In this document: positions 63,378 to 64,000 of the stretch, piece after piece
Numbering within the stretch: position 1 is the first letter of the stretch
Layout of the letters: each line of letters opens with the position of its first letter
Source of the DNA: Aplysia californica
Lineage: Eukaryota
NCBI RefSeq assembly: GCF_000002075.1
Contig: NW_004797279.1
Span: 2,876,534 to 2,940,533, forward strand
Length of the DNA: 64,000 nt
Direction: 5' to 3'
Position numbers and translations under genes: made by a program
The notes under the pieces: model-generated
Database searches by the model: none
What the model saw: only the letters and a program-made list of their open reading frames with translations
Told to the model about the DNA's origin: nothing

Positions 63378-64000
63378 CTGAAAAGAAAAAAGGCTAGTTG
63401 CATATAGACATTGCATGTTAGAAATCATGATTAACAAAATTTCAGTCCGATAAGATAGCAGCCAGCAAAATTGTAAAAAGGCCAAAGACAAAGGACAACC
63501 AGATTCAAGAACAGCCAATGTATGGGAAATGCTTTGCGGCTTGTGGTGGTAATGGGATAGAAAATCTACAGTCCTCTGAAAAACTGGCAAAATAAGGCAT
63601 CAAAAAGGATAGAAAAATTATGTTTTAAGATATTGAAAGTAAAAAAAGACATGATCTGTGAGCACATGTACTAAACTCAATGTTGGATTTGAGTCTGAAA
63701 GGAAAGCGATTCTATAGACAGGTATGCTTACTTACACGATGTTAATAATGAGTTGCACTCTCCACCCCAAAAAAACTTTTCGTCTGAGACATGTTTTTAT
63801 CAATCATGTATCTTAAAGTAAAGTATACTGACAAATGTTCTTTACATTTTAAGTGAGTGAGTGAGTGAGTCAAAAAAAGAAAAAGGAGCAAGACTATGTG
63901 AAGAAATAAATTGCTACTGCACAAATAAAGAAAAAACGAAGTGCCCATTGTGATAAAACAGTATACAGTAGCTATTTACATTATAATATTACATTGGAAC

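Noticed and set aside
63723-63770. Minus-strand donor near 63735 as the next REXO2 exon
   Set aside because: The upstream sequence does not encode the expected GNSV..D..FL motif, so the real exon must lie beyond the window.

Overview
AT-rich eukaryotic (invertebrate) scaffold with six N gaps. The SINE repertoire suggests a mollusc, probably a gastropod, but that is inference only. Three intron-containing housekeeping genes were reconstructed by hand from GT-AG junctions. (1) IDI1, type 1 isopentenyl-diphosphate isomerase, + strand, 18904-31323: five core exons plus an upstream in-frame exon encoding a ~102-aa acid-free, Ser/Arg-rich presequence that looks like a mitochondrial transit peptide. 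(2) A PNKD-like glyoxalase II-fold hydrolase, - strand, 54574-40131, 10 coding exons, 322 aa. (3) The last three coding exons of oligoribonuclease REXO2, - strand, 63377-60930, with the 5' part outside the window. The rest is largely transposon debris: tRNA-derived SINEs, two headless short retroposon families sharing one 3' stem-loop, RTE and I/Nimb LINE relics, a Tc1 deletion derivative, hAT and piggyBac non-autonomous elements, several MITEs and microsatellites. I saw no CRISPR array, rRNA or functional tRNA gene, and no convincing new multi-gene system. The best leads are a probable splice-controlled organellar targeting switch in IDI1, (TCTAGA)n clusters at putative promoters, a promoter-like island with an antisense exon inside PNKD intron 1, and a set of retroposons sharing one LINE tail.
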